Shown: piece after piece, positions 39,235 to 50,665 of the stretch
Layout of the letters: every line of letters starts with the position of its first letter
Numbering within the stretch: the first letter of the stretch is position 1
Assembly: GCA_002438785.1 (NCBI GenBank)
Contig: DJQS01000008.1
Span: 2,735-66,734 of the forward strand
Direction: 5' to 3'
DNA length: 64,000 nt
From: Bacillales bacterium UBA6380
GTDB lineage: Bacteria; Bacillota_I; Bacilli_A; RFN20; CAG-826
Made by a program: the position numbers and the translations under genes
Notes under the pieces: generated by a model
What the model was told of the DNA's origin: nothing
What the model saw: the letters and a program-made list of their open reading frames with translations, nothing else
Database searches by the model: none

Positions 39235-40758
39235 GTGAATATGAAAAAAAGATTTAAATTTTTATTAAGTATTTTCTTACTTGGAAGTGTAATTAGTCTT
39301 TCAAGTTGTAATAATAATAAGGTTGATCTTCTTGATCCAAATACTAGAGAATTAATTAAATTAAATGATGTTAATGAGTTACTTCCAGAAACTCCATACA
39401 CTGATAGTTTAAAATTAAAGGAAGATTATACAAATAAAGTTTTTACTAGTGATGGAATTGGTTTAGTAAAATTAGCTAGTAATACTGATGGAGATACTGC
39501 TAAATTTTATGATGCTAGTAAAACTATTAATGATCGTTTTACTCTTAGATTTTTAGGTATTAATACTCCTGAATCAACAGCCACGATCGAACCTTGGGGT
39601 AAAAAAGCTAGTGTCTATGTTGCTAATATTTTAAATAAGGCTAATGAAAATGGTGAAATTGTTTTAATTAATGATTTTGATGTCTTTGGTCAAAAAGAGA
39701 CTAATGGTAGATATTTAGGTTTTGTTTGGTATCGACTTGATAAAAATAGTGATTTTAGATTACTTAATTTAGAAATCGTTGAACAAGGATATTCAAAGAA
39801 TTTATTATTTGATGAATCAAAGCGTTGTAATTATCGCTCTTATTTTGAAAAAGCTGATATTTATGCTTCTAGACTTAAATTAAGAGTTCATGGCTTTAAA
39901 AATGATGATGGCTATGATTATAATAATTCCGTAGTTAATACAACAATTAAATATTTATTAGATAATTATGAAAAATTAGGGGTTACTGATGAAAGTAGTG
40001 GTAAAAAATTAAATATCGATGCTACTGTTCTTGGTCTTAGTGGAGATAATCTTTATCTTAGAGATACTATTCCTAATGAAGATGGGGAATATGGTTATAT
40101 TTATCTTTATGCTGGATATGGTAAAAGTTTAGCTAGTGTTGTTAATGTTGGTGATTATATTAATTTTTATTGTCGAGCTACTACATTTTTAAATAGTGTT
40201 CAACTTAGTGATATTGAATATTCTAGTTATGGGCGATATAAATTTATAAATTATACTTCAATTGCTAATCAAGATATAACTAATGCTGATGAAAAAACTA
40301 TTAAAGAAGTTAAAGCAACTAAGGAAAAAATTGCTACTTTTACTCCATATTTAGAATCTGATTTTAATTCATTAGATGATTGTAAATCTTTAAGTGATGT
40401 TTCTAATTTTAGTAATCGCTTAGTTAAAGCAAAATTAACAATAAGAAATGTTACTGCTAGTAGTGATGATGATCAAAATGAAGGTAGTTCTACTTCAAAT
40501 GAATATTATTATAAAAAAGATGAAAATTCTAATATGACAATTTATTCTTATTTAAATGATATTAGTAATTATCTTTATATTAATATGAGAGTTGATGGAA
40601 CAACTTATCCTTATCCTGAATACAGTATGTTTGAAGTTGGCAAAACTTATATAGTTAAAGGCTATTTAAAACCATACTATGACAAATATCAAGTTTGTTT
40701 ATTTAATAACAAACTTGAATTTAACTATATTGAAGAATTTAAGGAAGAAATGGAATAA
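39235..40758 (+). CDS. membrane nuclease lipoprotein (staphylococcal thermonuclease/SNase domain plus C-terminal extension)
   Basis: Lipobox 'SLSSCNN'. 'DGDTAKFYD...FTLRFLGINTPES' matches the SNase calcium-binding and active-site region. A nuclease lipoprotein in an ABC operon is the classic arrangement in Mollicutes (MnuA-like). Confidence 0.7.
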   Translation: MNMKKRFKFLLSIFLLGSVISLSSCNNNKVDLLDPNTRELIKLNDVNELLPETPYTDSLKLKEDYTNKVFTSDGIGLVKLASNTDGDTAKFYDASKTINDRFTLRFLGINTPESTATIEPWGKKASVYVANILNKANENGEIVLINDFDVFGQKETNGRYLGFVWYRLDKNSDFRLLNLEIVEQGYSKNLLFDESKRCNYRSYFEKADIYASRLKLRVHGFKNDDGYDYNNSVVNTTIKYLLDNYEKLGVTDESSGKKLNIDATVLGLSGDNLYLRDTIPNEDGEYGYIYLYAGYGKSLASVVNVGDYINFYCRATTFLNSVQLSDIEYSSYGRYKFINYTSIANQDITNADEKTIKEVKATKEKIATFTPYLESDFNSLDDCKSLSDVSNFSNRLVKAKLTIRNVTASSDDDQNEGSSTSNEYYYKKDENSNMTIYSYLNDISNYLYINMRVDGTTYPYPEYSMFEVGKTYIVKGYLKPYYDKYQVCLFNNKLEFNYIEEFKEEME

Positions 40759-40760
40759 TT

Positions 40761-41240
40761 ATGAAAAAAAGTTTAATTTTAACATTAGGTTTAGGAATAT
40801 TCTTATTAGGAAGTTGTGGAAATAATGATGTTTCAACATTTGATCCTAATAATTGGACTGATAAAGATTATTTAGATAAAGCTTTTAAAGGAACTGTCGC
40901 TAGTTATCAAAATGGCATTAGTTTTACTGATGAAACTGTTGAATATTTATTGTTTAAAGATCGTAGTTCTCAAAAGAATTTTTACGTTTGTGGAATTAGC
41001 GATGTTGTTGGAAAAGTGAATAAAGAAAGTGTAACAAAAACTATTGCTTTTGATTGGATAGTGAGTGATGACTCTTTATTTAAAGTAAATGATATTTCTA
41101 GTATTCCAGGAGCTAAATTATATACTCCTAAATATTCAGAAATTAAAGAAGATACAAAGGTTACATTAAAAGGTATTGCTTATTTAAATAGTGATACTAA
41201 AACAGTAACTTATAACTTAGTAATTAAAGCTAATGCTTAA
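40761..41240 (+). CDS. small lipoprotein, hypothetical
   Basis: Lipobox 'LGSCGNN'. 159 aa. Confidence 0.5.
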   Translation: MKKSLILTLGLGIFLLGSCGNNDVSTFDPNNWTDKDYLDKAFKGTVASYQNGISFTDETVEYLLFKDRSSQKNFYVCGISDVVGKVNKESVTKTIAFDWIVSDDSLFKVNDISSIPGAKLYTPKYSEIKEDTKVTLKGIAYLNSDTKTVTYNLVIKANA

Positions 41241-41285
41241 TTACTAGTTTGAATAGATTAAGGTAAAATTTTTAGGGAGGATTTT

Positions 41286-44144
41286 ATGAAAAGAAAATTT
41301 ATACCAATTCTTACTCTTAGTGCATTATTATCTTTAGGTGCTATGAGTGGAACATTAGTTAGTTGTGGGGAAATCAATAACAAAGATGATGATAACGGCC
41401 AAACAAAGACTTTAACACTTGAAGCAAGTAAAACAACAATTGAAGTAGGAAGTGATATTACTTTCACTATTAAATTAGATGATTCTAATTTAATGAGTGG
41501 ATATGAACTTACTAGTTCTAATCCTAGTGTTTTAGCTATTAAAGGAACTAAAGCTACTGCAATTAGTGCTGGTGAAGCTAAAGTTTATGCTACTTATAAA
41601 GGTGCTAAATCAAATGAAGTAACTATTACTGTCACTGAAAAAGGTGAAAGTTATACTAGTTTAACTGATGCTATTTTAGAAGCTAGTGAAGGAGAAGCTA
41701 ATGCTTCCAAAGGTGTTACTAGTAATGAATACAGTGTTAAAGCAGTTGTTGTTTCAACTGATAAAGATGCTAACATGGTAATTTATGATGGAGAAAGTTA
41801 TGGATATATCTATAAGAGTAGTATTGATATTTCTGGCTACAATGTTGGTGATACGCTTAAAGTTAAAGGTGCTTTAACTAATTATTATGGATGTTTACAA
41901 TTTAGTGATCCTGCTATTACTAAATTAAATGAATCTATTGCTTTACCAACTCCTAGTGAATATGATGCTAAAAAGTTTGAAGAATATGGAGCTAATGCAG
42001 CTAAAAATAGTTCTAAAATTACTACAGGAATTGCTACAAGAAACGAATATGTTACTGTGAGTAAATTAAAATATGTTGGTGGTTCTAAATTTGAATTAAT
42101 GGATGCTACTACTTCTACTTATAAATTAATTAGTGTTTATAAAACTGAGAAAACTTATAGAGAGAATAATATTGAAAATTTAGCTAATGGAACTGAAGTA
42201 AGTATAACTGGATCTATATTAGGCTTTAATAGTGGTAAAGGATATTTTAATCTTATTGCTAATGAAGTTAAAGTTACTAAAGAAGCTATTAAAGCTACTG
42301 GAATCACTTTAGATGTTGGAAGTGGTACAGTTGAAACATATGGATCACTTAAATTAAGTGCAACTTTATCTCCTGAAGGAGCTGGAGGAAATGTAAGTTA
42401 TTCCTTAGCTAAAGGTGATGAAACAAAAGCTAAAATTGTTGATGATAAATTATATGGATTAGAAGAAGGTGAAGTTACAGTTACTGCTAAAGTTGATAGT
42501 TTAGTTAGTGAAGCTAAAAAAGTTACTATTACTAAAGGAAATAATGCTTTTGCTAATGCAGAAGTTAAAACTGTTAGTGAAATGGCAGAATTAACTAGTG
42601 CTGATCAAACAAAAGTTTATAAAGTTACTGGTGTAGTTAGTGAAGCTAAATCTACTGATATATATGGAAACATAATTATAAAGGATACTAATGCTGAAAA
42701 AACTATTAAAGCTTATGGAACTAGTAGTGATTTTACTGCTTTTAGTGAAGCTGATGGAAAATTAAAATTTAATAATCAAAAGAACTTTAATACTGCTATT
42801 TTAAATAAATTATTTGCTCAAGGAGATACAGTTGAATTCTTTGTTGTTCCTTATACCTATAACAAATCTTTATCTTACTACTTTGCATTTAATAAATTAG
42901 TTAAAAAGGGCGAAGGTGGTGAGACCCCAGTTACTCCTACTACAACTACAACAATTGATGGTAAATATAAAGTTGTTGATCCTGAAATTGGTAAAACTTA
43001 TAAATTAGGTTTAGATCAAAAGGCTTTAAATAAGACTTTATATTTAAATGGTGAAATGAGTAGCTATTATCAAGCTACTACTGAAAATGATGCTGAAGCA
43101 ATTGATGTTACTTTAGAAGGTACGCTTGATGCTTGTAAAATGTATTATTTAAATGATGGTGTTAAAACTTATATTGAAGCTATTTTAAGTGGAGAACATA
43201 AAAATGGTGTTTATTCAACTGAATCAACAATGACTTGGAAATATGATTCATCACTTAAAACAATGGTTACTACACTTGGAGAAGATGAAGTTTATTTAGG
43301 AACATATAAAGATTTTACTACATTTAGTTTAAGCAATACTGAATATGCTAATAGCTCAACAAGTTACGTTTCTCATTTTCTTACAAAATTAGAAGAAAGT
43401 GAAAAAGTTAAAGTTACTGGAATTAATGCACCTGAGAGTATAACTTTAGAAGAGTATGAATCTAAAGAAATTGGTGCTACTGTTACTCCTAGTGATGCTA
43501 CAGTTAAAGGATTAACTTATACATCTAATAACACTGAAATAGCTACTGTTGATACAGAAGGAAAAGTAGTTGGTGTTAAGGCTGGTGAAACTACTATTAC
43601 AGTTACTAGTAAAGATGATCCTTTAATTTCTAAAACTGTTAAGGTAATAGTTAAGGCTGCTCCAACTGATGTTGATTTTGTCGATATCAAATCCTCTGAT
43701 TTTATAAATACAGGAATTACAGGTGGGACTTATAGTAATCTTGATGAAGTAGTTGAAGTAAAAACTAAGGGTATAAACTTTTCTTATAAAAATATTTATT
43801 TAACAGAAAATTATTTCCAATTAAATAATAGAGAAAATAATAATAAAGGCAGAAGTTCATTATGGTTGTCTTCGCTTAGTGAAAAAGAGATTAGTAGTAT
43901 TACAATTACTTGCGGAAAGACTTGGAATGGTAAAGCAAATTTAGAATGTCAATTTTCAACTGAAATAATAACAACCTTGAATGACACATCTACTTTGACT
44001 TGTAGTGGAAGTGAGATGAGTGATGTCAATAAGACTTACACTTTTAATTCCAATATTGAGGGTGCTAAGGGCTTTATCTTTGATACTCAAACCGCTAAGG
44101 GAGCTTTATATATTTCAAATATACGAATAACTTATAAAAAATAA
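41286..44144 (+). CDS. large surface lipoprotein with bacterial Ig-like (Big_2-type) domains
   Basis: Lipobox 'LVSCGE'. Repeated segments of about 80 aa ending '...AKVYATYKGAKSNEVTITVTEK' and '...TITVTSKDDPLISKTVKVIVKA' are typical of Big_2. Confidence 0.55.
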   Translation: MKRKFIPILTLSALLSLGAMSGTLVSCGEINNKDDDNGQTKTLTLEASKTTIEVGSDITFTIKLDDSNLMSGYELTSSNPSVLAIKGTKATAISAGEAKVYATYKGAKSNEVTITVTEKGESYTSLTDAILEASEGEANASKGVTSNEYSVKAVVVSTDKDANMVIYDGESYGYIYKSSIDISGYNVGDTLKVKGALTNYYGCLQFSDPAITKLNESIALPTPSEYDAKKFEEYGANAAKNSSKITTGIATRNEYVTVSKLKYVGGSKFELMDATTSTYKLISVYKTEKTYRENNIENLANGTEVSITGSILGFNSGKGYFNLIANEVKVTKEAIKATGITLDVGSGTVETYGSLKLSATLSPEGAGGNVSYSLAKGDETKAKIVDDKLYGLEEGEVTVTAKVDSLVSEAKKVTITKGNNAFANAEVKTVSEMAELTSADQTKVYKVTGVVSEAKSTDIYGNIIIKDTNAEKTIKAYGTSSDFTAFSEADGKLKFNNQKNFNTAILNKLFAQGDTVEFFVVPYTYNKSLSYYFAFNKLVKKGEGGETPVTPTTTTTIDGKYKVVDPEIGKTYKLGLDQKALNKTLYLNGEMSSYYQATTENDAEAIDVTLEGTLDACKMYYLNDGVKTYIEAILSGEHKNGVYSTESTMTWKYDSSLKTMVTTLGEDEVYLGTYKDFTTFSLSNTEYANSSTSYVSHFLTKLEESEKVKVTGINAPESITLEEYESKEIGATVTPSDATVKGLTYTSNNTEIATVDTEGKVVGVKAGETTITVTSKDDPLISKTVKVIVKAAPTDVDFVDIKSSDFINTGITGGTYSNLDEVVEVKTKGINFSYKNIYLTENYFQLNNRENNNKGRSSLWLSSLSEKEISSITITCGKTWNGKANLECQFSTEIITTLNDTSTLTCSGSEMSDVNKTYTFNSNIEGAKGFIFDTQTAKGALYISNIRITYKK

Positions 44145-44269
44145 ATTAGAAATATTTAATTGACTAAAGGGGTTTAAGAATATAGTTATCTTAAACCCCT
44201 TAGTTTTATTAAAAAGTCTTTAAATATTGGATTAAATTTATAAAATTATATTAGAAATAGGAGATATTA

Positions 44270-46480
44270 ATGTTTCATTTAAATAGATTTTCTTTAATTA
44301 AAATGATGTTATTTTCTACTTTATTTATTAATTTAGTTTCTTGTAATGATATTAATAAAATAAATAAAGATAATGAATTTAAAGTATTTTTTAGTTTAGA
44401 TAAATATCTTTACGAAGTAGGAGAAGTAATATCATTTAATAATTTAGAAGTATTAGATAAAGTAACTAGAAAAGAAATACTAGATTATAAAATATATTTA
44501 AATGAAATATTAATTAGTACTAATGAATATGTTTTTAAAAGTTCTGGAACATATTCAATATATATAAAAAAAGATAATTATCAAACTTATAAGTTTGATA
44601 ATGATATTGAAGTTATAGACAATAGTGTTAAATCTAAAGTGATGACTTTAGATTTAAATAAAACTAAGACTAATTATTATATTGGAGATATTTATTCATA
44701 TAACGATATATATTTATTTGATGAATTTAATAAAAGAATAAATAATTTTAATAGCGATCTTAATGATGGATATATTTTTAATAGTGTCGGAGAATTTAAG
44801 ATTAATTTATCTTATTTAGATTATACAGATATTAGTTATGTAATTAATGTGAAAGAATCAATTACCCCGATATTAAAAATAACTAATAAACCAAATAAGT
44901 TATATTATGAATTAGGTGATAGATTTTCTAAAGATGGTTTAAAAGTAATTAATTTAAATAATAATGAAGAAATTACTGATTATTCTTTAAGTATTTTAGA
45001 TGGTGAAATATTAAATACTTTAGGAAAAATTGAAGTAATTGTTAGTAAAAATAATTTTGTATCGACATCTTTTTATATTGAAGTTAATAATAAAACTAAT
45101 ATTAATGATATAACTACTTTAGATATTTATACAATAAATGATACTCATGGGGCTTTTTCTCGTAATGGTGAAGTTAGTCCTAAACAAGCTGGAGTGAGTT
45201 ATATTAGTAGTTATTATAACAACTTAAAAGATGTTAACACCTTATTTTTATCAAGTGGAGATATGTTTCAAGGTGGAATTGAATCTAATAATACTAAAGG
45301 TTTAATTATGACTGAAGCAATGAACTACATGAATATTGATGCAATGACTATCGGTAATCATGAATTTGATTGGGATGAAGAATATATTATTAAAAATAAG
45401 GAATTAATGGAGTTTCCTTTATTAGCTAGTAATATCTTTTATAAAGATAGTGATGAAATTCCAAGTTATTTAGATAAATCTGTAATTATTACTCGTAATG
45501 ATTTAGATATAGGAATTATTGGGAGTGTAAGAGAAAATTTAGGAAGTTCAATTATTAGCTCAATAAGTAGTAAATTTGATTTTCCTAATCCAATTAGTTA
45601 TATTAAAGAAGAAAGTGATAAGTTAAGGAAACTTGGTTGTGATGTTATTATTTTATTAAGTCATGATGAAGGATATGATATAAATGAAGAAAATAAACCA
45701 ACTAAGTTTTATGATTTAACTAAAATAAGTAATGTAAGTAATTCTCGATATGTTGATGCGATGATTTTTGGGCATGATCATAATTTAAAATATGGTATAT
45801 ATAATGATGTAAGTTATGTTGAAGCTAGATGCAATGGATCATATTTAGGAAATATTAAAATTAATATTAAGAAAAATAGCGAATTTAATTATTCTGTAAT
45901 TAGTTCTAATTCTACTGTATTAGATATTTATAATTTAACTAATAATGTTGATAGTGATACTAATATTGATAATTTATTATTTAAATATAAAGATGAAATC
46001 GGAGATATAAATGGAGTAATTTATAATTTTAATAATTATTATTCTAAAAATGAATTTACTTACATTGTTTCTCAAGCTATTGTCTGGTTTATAAATAATA
46101 ATAAAGATAAGTTTGATAATAAAGAAATTAATATTGGGGTCCATAATTTTGCTGGAATTAGAAGTGCAGTTAATAAAGGAGAATTTAAAGAGAGTGATTT
46201 AGTGAAAGTTTGTCCTTTTTCTAATTCAATTTCGATTATTAAATGCAATAAATCGATGCTAAATTATTTAATTAATTCAAATAATGCAGTTTATTATTTA
46301 TATGATGAAGCACTTATTAGTAATGATGGATATTATTATATTGGAACAATTAGTTATATTGCTGAATTTACCGATAAAAATAATAATTCTAGATGGCTTG
46401 ATTATAAAGAATATAATGACTTTATAATTAAAGATGTTGTTAAAGATTTTTTAGTCAATAATAAAGATTTAAATTTGTAA
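44270..46480 (+). CDS. lipoprotein 5'-nucleotidase / metallophosphatase family protein with N-terminal extra domain
   Basis: Lipobox 'LVSCND'. Calcineurin-like motifs 'TINDTHGAF', 'SGDMFQG' and 'GNHEFDW'. Confidence 0.65.
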   Translation: MFHLNRFSLIKMMLFSTLFINLVSCNDINKINKDNEFKVFFSLDKYLYEVGEVISFNNLEVLDKVTRKEILDYKIYLNEILISTNEYVFKSSGTYSIYIKKDNYQTYKFDNDIEVIDNSVKSKVMTLDLNKTKTNYYIGDIYSYNDIYLFDEFNKRINNFNSDLNDGYIFNSVGEFKINLSYLDYTDISYVINVKESITPILKITNKPNKLYYELGDRFSKDGLKVINLNNNEEITDYSLSILDGEILNTLGKIEVIVSKNNFVSTSFYIEVNNKTNINDITTLDIYTINDTHGAFSRNGEVSPKQAGVSYISSYYNNLKDVNTLFLSSGDMFQGGIESNNTKGLIMTEAMNYMNIDAMTIGNHEFDWDEEYIIKNKELMEFPLLASNIFYKDSDEIPSYLDKSVIITRNDLDIGIIGSVRENLGSSIISSISSKFDFPNPISYIKEESDKLRKLGCDVIILLSHDEGYDINEENKPTKFYDLTKISNVSNSRYVDAMIFGHDHNLKYGIYNDVSYVEARCNGSYLGNIKINIKKNSEFNYSVISSNSTVLDIYNLTNNVDSDTNIDNLLFKYKDEIGDINGVIYNFNNYYSKNEFTYIVSQAIVWFINNNKDKFDNKEINIGVHNFAGIRSAVNKGEFKESDLVKVCPFSNSISIIKCNKSMLNYLINSNNAVYYLYDEALISNDGYYYIGTISYIAEFTDKNNNSRWLDYKEYNDFIIKDVVKDFLVNNKDLNL

Positions 46481-46593
46481 AACAATTGTAAAATTATAAA
46501 AAATACTTTATTTTAGCTGAGTTTTTATATAGAATACTTTGGTAATCGGATACCCCCAAAATAACGAAGATTACATTTTTTAAGGAGAAAAAA

Positions 46594-48519
46594 ATGAAAA
46601 AATCTAATGTTTTGTGGGTTGCTTCTATTTTACTTGGAGCAAGTATTGTTACTAGTTGTCAAAATCAAGAAATAATTGATACAAATACTATCTATCAAAT
46701 AAAACTTGTTTATAATGATGGTGAATCTTATCTTTATGAGGCTAAAGGTGGAAGCTTAATTAATTTAGATACTTTTACTTTACCAGAATATGATTATAAA
46801 AAAGTAGAAAATTTTTATTTAGATGAAGAATATAATAAAGTCTATGATTATAATCAAAAAGTAAAAGCTAATTTAACTTTATATGTTAAATTAGTTGATA
46901 ATAGTTATGATATTAAAACATTAAAAGATAATAACAATGTTGGTGAGAAAGTAGTTGTTAGTGGAGTAGTTGGGTATAAAAAGAAATTATTAGGTTCAAA
47001 AACTGATAGTGATCCAAATGGAACTAGATATAATGATCAAATTGATTGTTTTTATCTATTTGATGATACTGGATCAATATTAATTTACGATAAATATGTT
47101 ACTGATAATGTTAAAGTTGGAAATAAAATAACTCTACAAGCAACTTATACAACTTACATATTAGGAACAGAAATTGAATATGCTAATAAAGCTGGATACA
47201 CTGGAAGTCGACAATTAACTAATGCAACAATAGTTAGTAATGATAATTTAACAACTAATAAAATAAATCAAGATTTAGTTAAAAATGTTGATTTATATGA
47301 TATAACTGTTGCTCCTACAAATATTAATATTACTAGTAACGTTTATAATGTTCATGCCAAAATTAAAAAATCTCAGGAACCAGGATATTTAAATTACTAT
47401 TTATATGATCCAATTGGAGTTGGTTCTACTTATGTTTATACAAATAATAACGGGTCTGACTATGCTTGGCTTGATGAATTTGATGATGATGAATATCATA
47501 ATGTAGTTATTGCTATTTATAATGCTAAATGCGCTAGTAATAATAGCTATTATCGTATTATTCCTTTAGAAGTTAATGAAGTTTATAAACAAACTGATTT
47601 AGATATAGCTAAAGGTGCAGCAGTTACTATTAGTAATAGTGTTAATACTGAATATTTTTATAGTAATAATGATGTTACTTTAGATAATCAAGTTAGTTTC
47701 GATTCTTCTTCAATGTATAAAGATTGTAAAATTAATATAACAAGTAGCGATACGTCAATTATTGACATTAATAGTGACAATAAGATTATAATTAAATCTA
47801 AAGAAGGTAGTGCAAATGTGACTTTTAAAGCTAGTTTAAATGGAGTAGAAGCTAGTGTAAGTAAAGTCTTTAATGTTATTAGTCCTAGTAATATTATAAC
47901 TACTAATATTAATGATATTTATGATAATAGTGATAGTTTAGCTAACAAAGAAGTTAGTATTAAAGGTATAGTAGTTGGATATGCTTGGAAATCTAAAGCT
48001 GGAAATAAAGGTGTATATTATATTAATGATGGAACAAATACAATCTTAGTTTCCCTAAATAATGAAAGTTTATCTACTGAACTTGAAATTGGGCAAGAAG
48101 TAATTTATACAGGTACTTATAAGGTTCAAGATTCTGGAGATCGTAGTCTTAATGATGCAAATTTAAAATATTATACAACTACTAAAAAAGAATTAAATTA
48201 TACATTTAAAACAGTAACTGTTAATGATTTATATAATAATTATAGTGAGTTATCTAAAGAAAATATTTCTGGTCAAGTTTTTGAATGTAGTTTCATTGTT
48301 GGTATAAATGATGGTAGTTATTCAAAGACTGCTAAAATGATTGATTTAGATAATAATGAAGTATTTATAAGTGTATATTCAGGTAGTTTTTCTAATGTTG
48401 AATTCTTAGAAAAATATGAAGGTAAAAAAGTAAAAGCAAAAATTGGTATTCGTGATGAATATTATAAATCTAGATTTAGAGTTGATGTATTAAATGAAAC
48501 AATTGAAGTGATTGAATAG
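46594..48519 (+). CDS. surface lipoprotein, hypothetical
   Basis: Lipobox 'IVTSCQN'. No recognisable catalytic motif. Confidence 0.45.
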   Translation: MKKSNVLWVASILLGASIVTSCQNQEIIDTNTIYQIKLVYNDGESYLYEAKGGSLINLDTFTLPEYDYKKVENFYLDEEYNKVYDYNQKVKANLTLYVKLVDNSYDIKTLKDNNNVGEKVVVSGVVGYKKKLLGSKTDSDPNGTRYNDQIDCFYLFDDTGSILIYDKYVTDNVKVGNKITLQATYTTYILGTEIEYANKAGYTGSRQLTNATIVSNDNLTTNKINQDLVKNVDLYDITVAPTNINITSNVYNVHAKIKKSQEPGYLNYYLYDPIGVGSTYVYTNNNGSDYAWLDEFDDDEYHNVVIAIYNAKCASNNSYYRIIPLEVNEVYKQTDLDIAKGAAVTISNSVNTEYFYSNNDVTLDNQVSFDSSSMYKDCKINITSSDTSIIDINSDNKIIIKSKEGSANVTFKASLNGVEASVSKVFNVISPSNIITTNINDIYDNSDSLANKEVSIKGIVVGYAWKSKAGNKGVYYINDGTNTILVSLNNESLSTELEIGQEVIYTGTYKVQDSGDRSLNDANLKYYTTTKKELNYTFKTVTVNDLYNNYSELSKENISGQVFECSFIVGINDGSYSKTAKMIDLDNNEVFISVYSGSFSNVEFLEKYEGKKVKAKIGIRDEYYKSRFRVDVLNETIEVIE

Positions 48520-48628
48520 ATTATTTTAACTTAATTTTATAAATTAGCTATTTTAGAAGTTTAATTTCTTTAATAGCTTTTTTATTTATTTTATATAATT
48601 AATAAATAAAATTATATAAAATAATATT

Positions 48629-49771
48629 ATGATAAAAAAAGAAAAGTATGGGAATATTATTGATTATTTAAAGAGTAATCAAAAGTCATTTATAGAGCAA
48701 TCTTTTAATGATGTTGATGGATTAGTCTTTTCTTATTTAGCGTATTATAATTTTGAATCAATTAATATTAATTCTAAAAGAGTGAAAATAAGTTCTATTG
48801 AAAATGAATTATTATTGAATGAAAATAATTATCATTTAAGTAATTATGATGAAAAGAAGGAATTTTTAATAGCATTAAAAAGCTCTAATCGATATAAAGA
48901 TATTGAAGTTAGTAATTTTGTTAGATTATATAATTTAGAAAAAGAAGAGCAGTTTTGCGGGGTTTTATTTCATTATAAAGACTTATTTTCTTTTGTTAGT
49001 TTTAGAGGAACTGATACTACAATATATGGATGGAAAGAAGATTTAAATTTATCTTATTCTTATCCACTTATTTCTCAATGTGATGCTTTATCTTATTTAA
49101 ATAATTCATATAAATATTTAAATAAGATAATTTATGTTGGTGGTCATTCTAAAGGTGGTAATTTAGCAGTTTATAGTGCAATTAATTCATATAAATATAT
49201 TTATAAACATATTATACATATTTATTCTTATGATGGACCTGGGTTTAAAGAATTATTTTTTAAATCTAAAAAATATAAAGAACGTAAATATAAAATTATT
49301 AAATATGTTCCTGAATTTTCTATATTTGGAATGATTATGGAAGAAAGTGAAGATTTTAAAGTTATTAATGCTAAGGGTTTTACAATTATGGAACATATCG
49401 TCTTTAATTGGATAATTAAAGATAATAATTTTGATATCTTAACTAGTATTACTAGTGGTGCTTATATTTTTGATAAAGCTATAAATAAATGGTTACTTTC
49501 TTATGATGATGAAACGAAAAAAAGATTAGTTTCTTTACTTTATTCTATTATTATTAATAACAATATTTTAAGAGTAGAAGATATAAGGAATAATTTATTA
49601 AATTTAGTTAAAACATATAATGCTCTAGATAAAGAAAGTAAGATATTTATTAAAAAGGTTACAAAAAAATTTATATCTTTAACTTTAAATTATGCTAAGG
49701 ATAATTTTATTAATGAGACAAGTAAAACAAAAGAAATAATTAAAAATAAAATTAATTTTAAAAATAAATAA
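48629..49771 (+). CDS. alpha/beta-hydrolase, lipase class 3-like (DUF2974/Mbeg1-like)
   Basis: 'FRGTDTTIYGWKEDL' and the nucleophile elbow 'GGHSKGGNLA' (GHSxG). Confidence 0.55.
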   Translation: MIKKEKYGNIIDYLKSNQKSFIEQSFNDVDGLVFSYLAYYNFESININSKRVKISSIENELLLNENNYHLSNYDEKKEFLIALKSSNRYKDIEVSNFVRLYNLEKEEQFCGVLFHYKDLFSFVSFRGTDTTIYGWKEDLNLSYSYPLISQCDALSYLNNSYKYLNKIIYVGGHSKGGNLAVYSAINSYKYIYKHIIHIYSYDGPGFKELFFKSKKYKERKYKIIKYVPEFSIFGMIMEESEDFKVINAKGFTIMEHIVFNWIIKDNNFDILTSITSGAYIFDKAINKWLLSYDDETKKRLVSLLYSIIINNNILRVEDIRNNLLNLVKTYNALDKESKIFIKKVTKKFISLTLNYAKDNFINETSKTKEIIKNKINFKNK

Positions 49772-50335
49772 TTATTTTAATTTATTTCCTTCATTAAAAG
49801 CTTTAGCTACAACGTTTCCTAATTCAAAATAGTTATTACTAGTAGGATCAAAAACTAATATATGAGCTTTAGAAATATCAATTTTACTAGTTTCTTTATT
49901 AATGATTTTTTCATCAACAGAAACATTAATAATTTTAGCAACTAAAATCTCACTTTTTTCATCATAACTTAATAGATGACATTCTAAAGCTAATGGAAGT
50001 TCATTAATAATTGGAGCATTAACGAATTCACTTTTAGTTATACTAAATTTTGATTTTTTAAATTTATTTACGTCATCTTTTCCACTAACAATACCAACAT
50101 AATCACAACTAGCGACAGTATCTTTTGTTCCTGCACTAATTGTAAAATCTTTATTACGAAGAATATTTTCTGTAGTTAAATGTGTTTTACTTAAACATAG
50201 CGTAACTTTATCATAATCAGACATCATAGACCAAGCAGCATTCATAATGTTAACACTATTATCACTATTATAAGTAGCGATTATTGAAACAGTTTCAGGA
50301 AGTAAATATGGTTTTGAACCTAAATTTTTTCTCAT
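49772..50335 (-). CDS. flavin reductase-like domain protein
   Basis: 'PETVSIIATYNSDNSVNIMNAAWSMM' fits the FMN-binding split-barrel pattern. AAAGGAGA ribosome-binding site. Confidence 0.5.
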   Translation of the reverse strand: MRKNLGSKPYLLPETVSIIATYNSDNSVNIMNAAWSMMSDYDKVTLCLSKTHLTTENILRNKDFTISAGTKDTVASCDYVGIVSGKDDVNKFKKSKFSITKSEFVNAPIINELPLALECHLLSYDEKSEILVAKIINVSVDEKIINKETSKIDISKAHILVFDPTSNNYFELGNVVAKAFNEGNKLK

Positions 50336-50665
50336 TTTTCAATCTCCTTTAATTAATATAATCTTTTATAATTTTAACATTTAATGTCGAAAGTGTTACA
50401 AAATTTATTTATTATTAATTTTATTGAGTCTTACCTAAGTAATTTAATAACCTAAATTAACTTAATTAATTTTTAATTACTTTAATAACATTACTTAAGA
50501 TATTTGTAAAAAATTCATTTAACTTAAAAGTATAAGAATTGTTTATTAAATTTTACTTAACTTTATGATCTTTATAATTTAAAATTTCAAAATATAATTA
50601 TTTTTTAATGTAAATAAGTATAAAAAGATAAATAAATTGTTAAAATATCTTAAAGGAAAAAAATT

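Noticed and set aside
50336-50665. A 330-bp AT-rich intergenic stretch with reiterated TTACTTAA-like words.
   Set aside because: The words are short and degenerate and are expected by chance at this AT content. A divergent promoter region is the simplest explanation.
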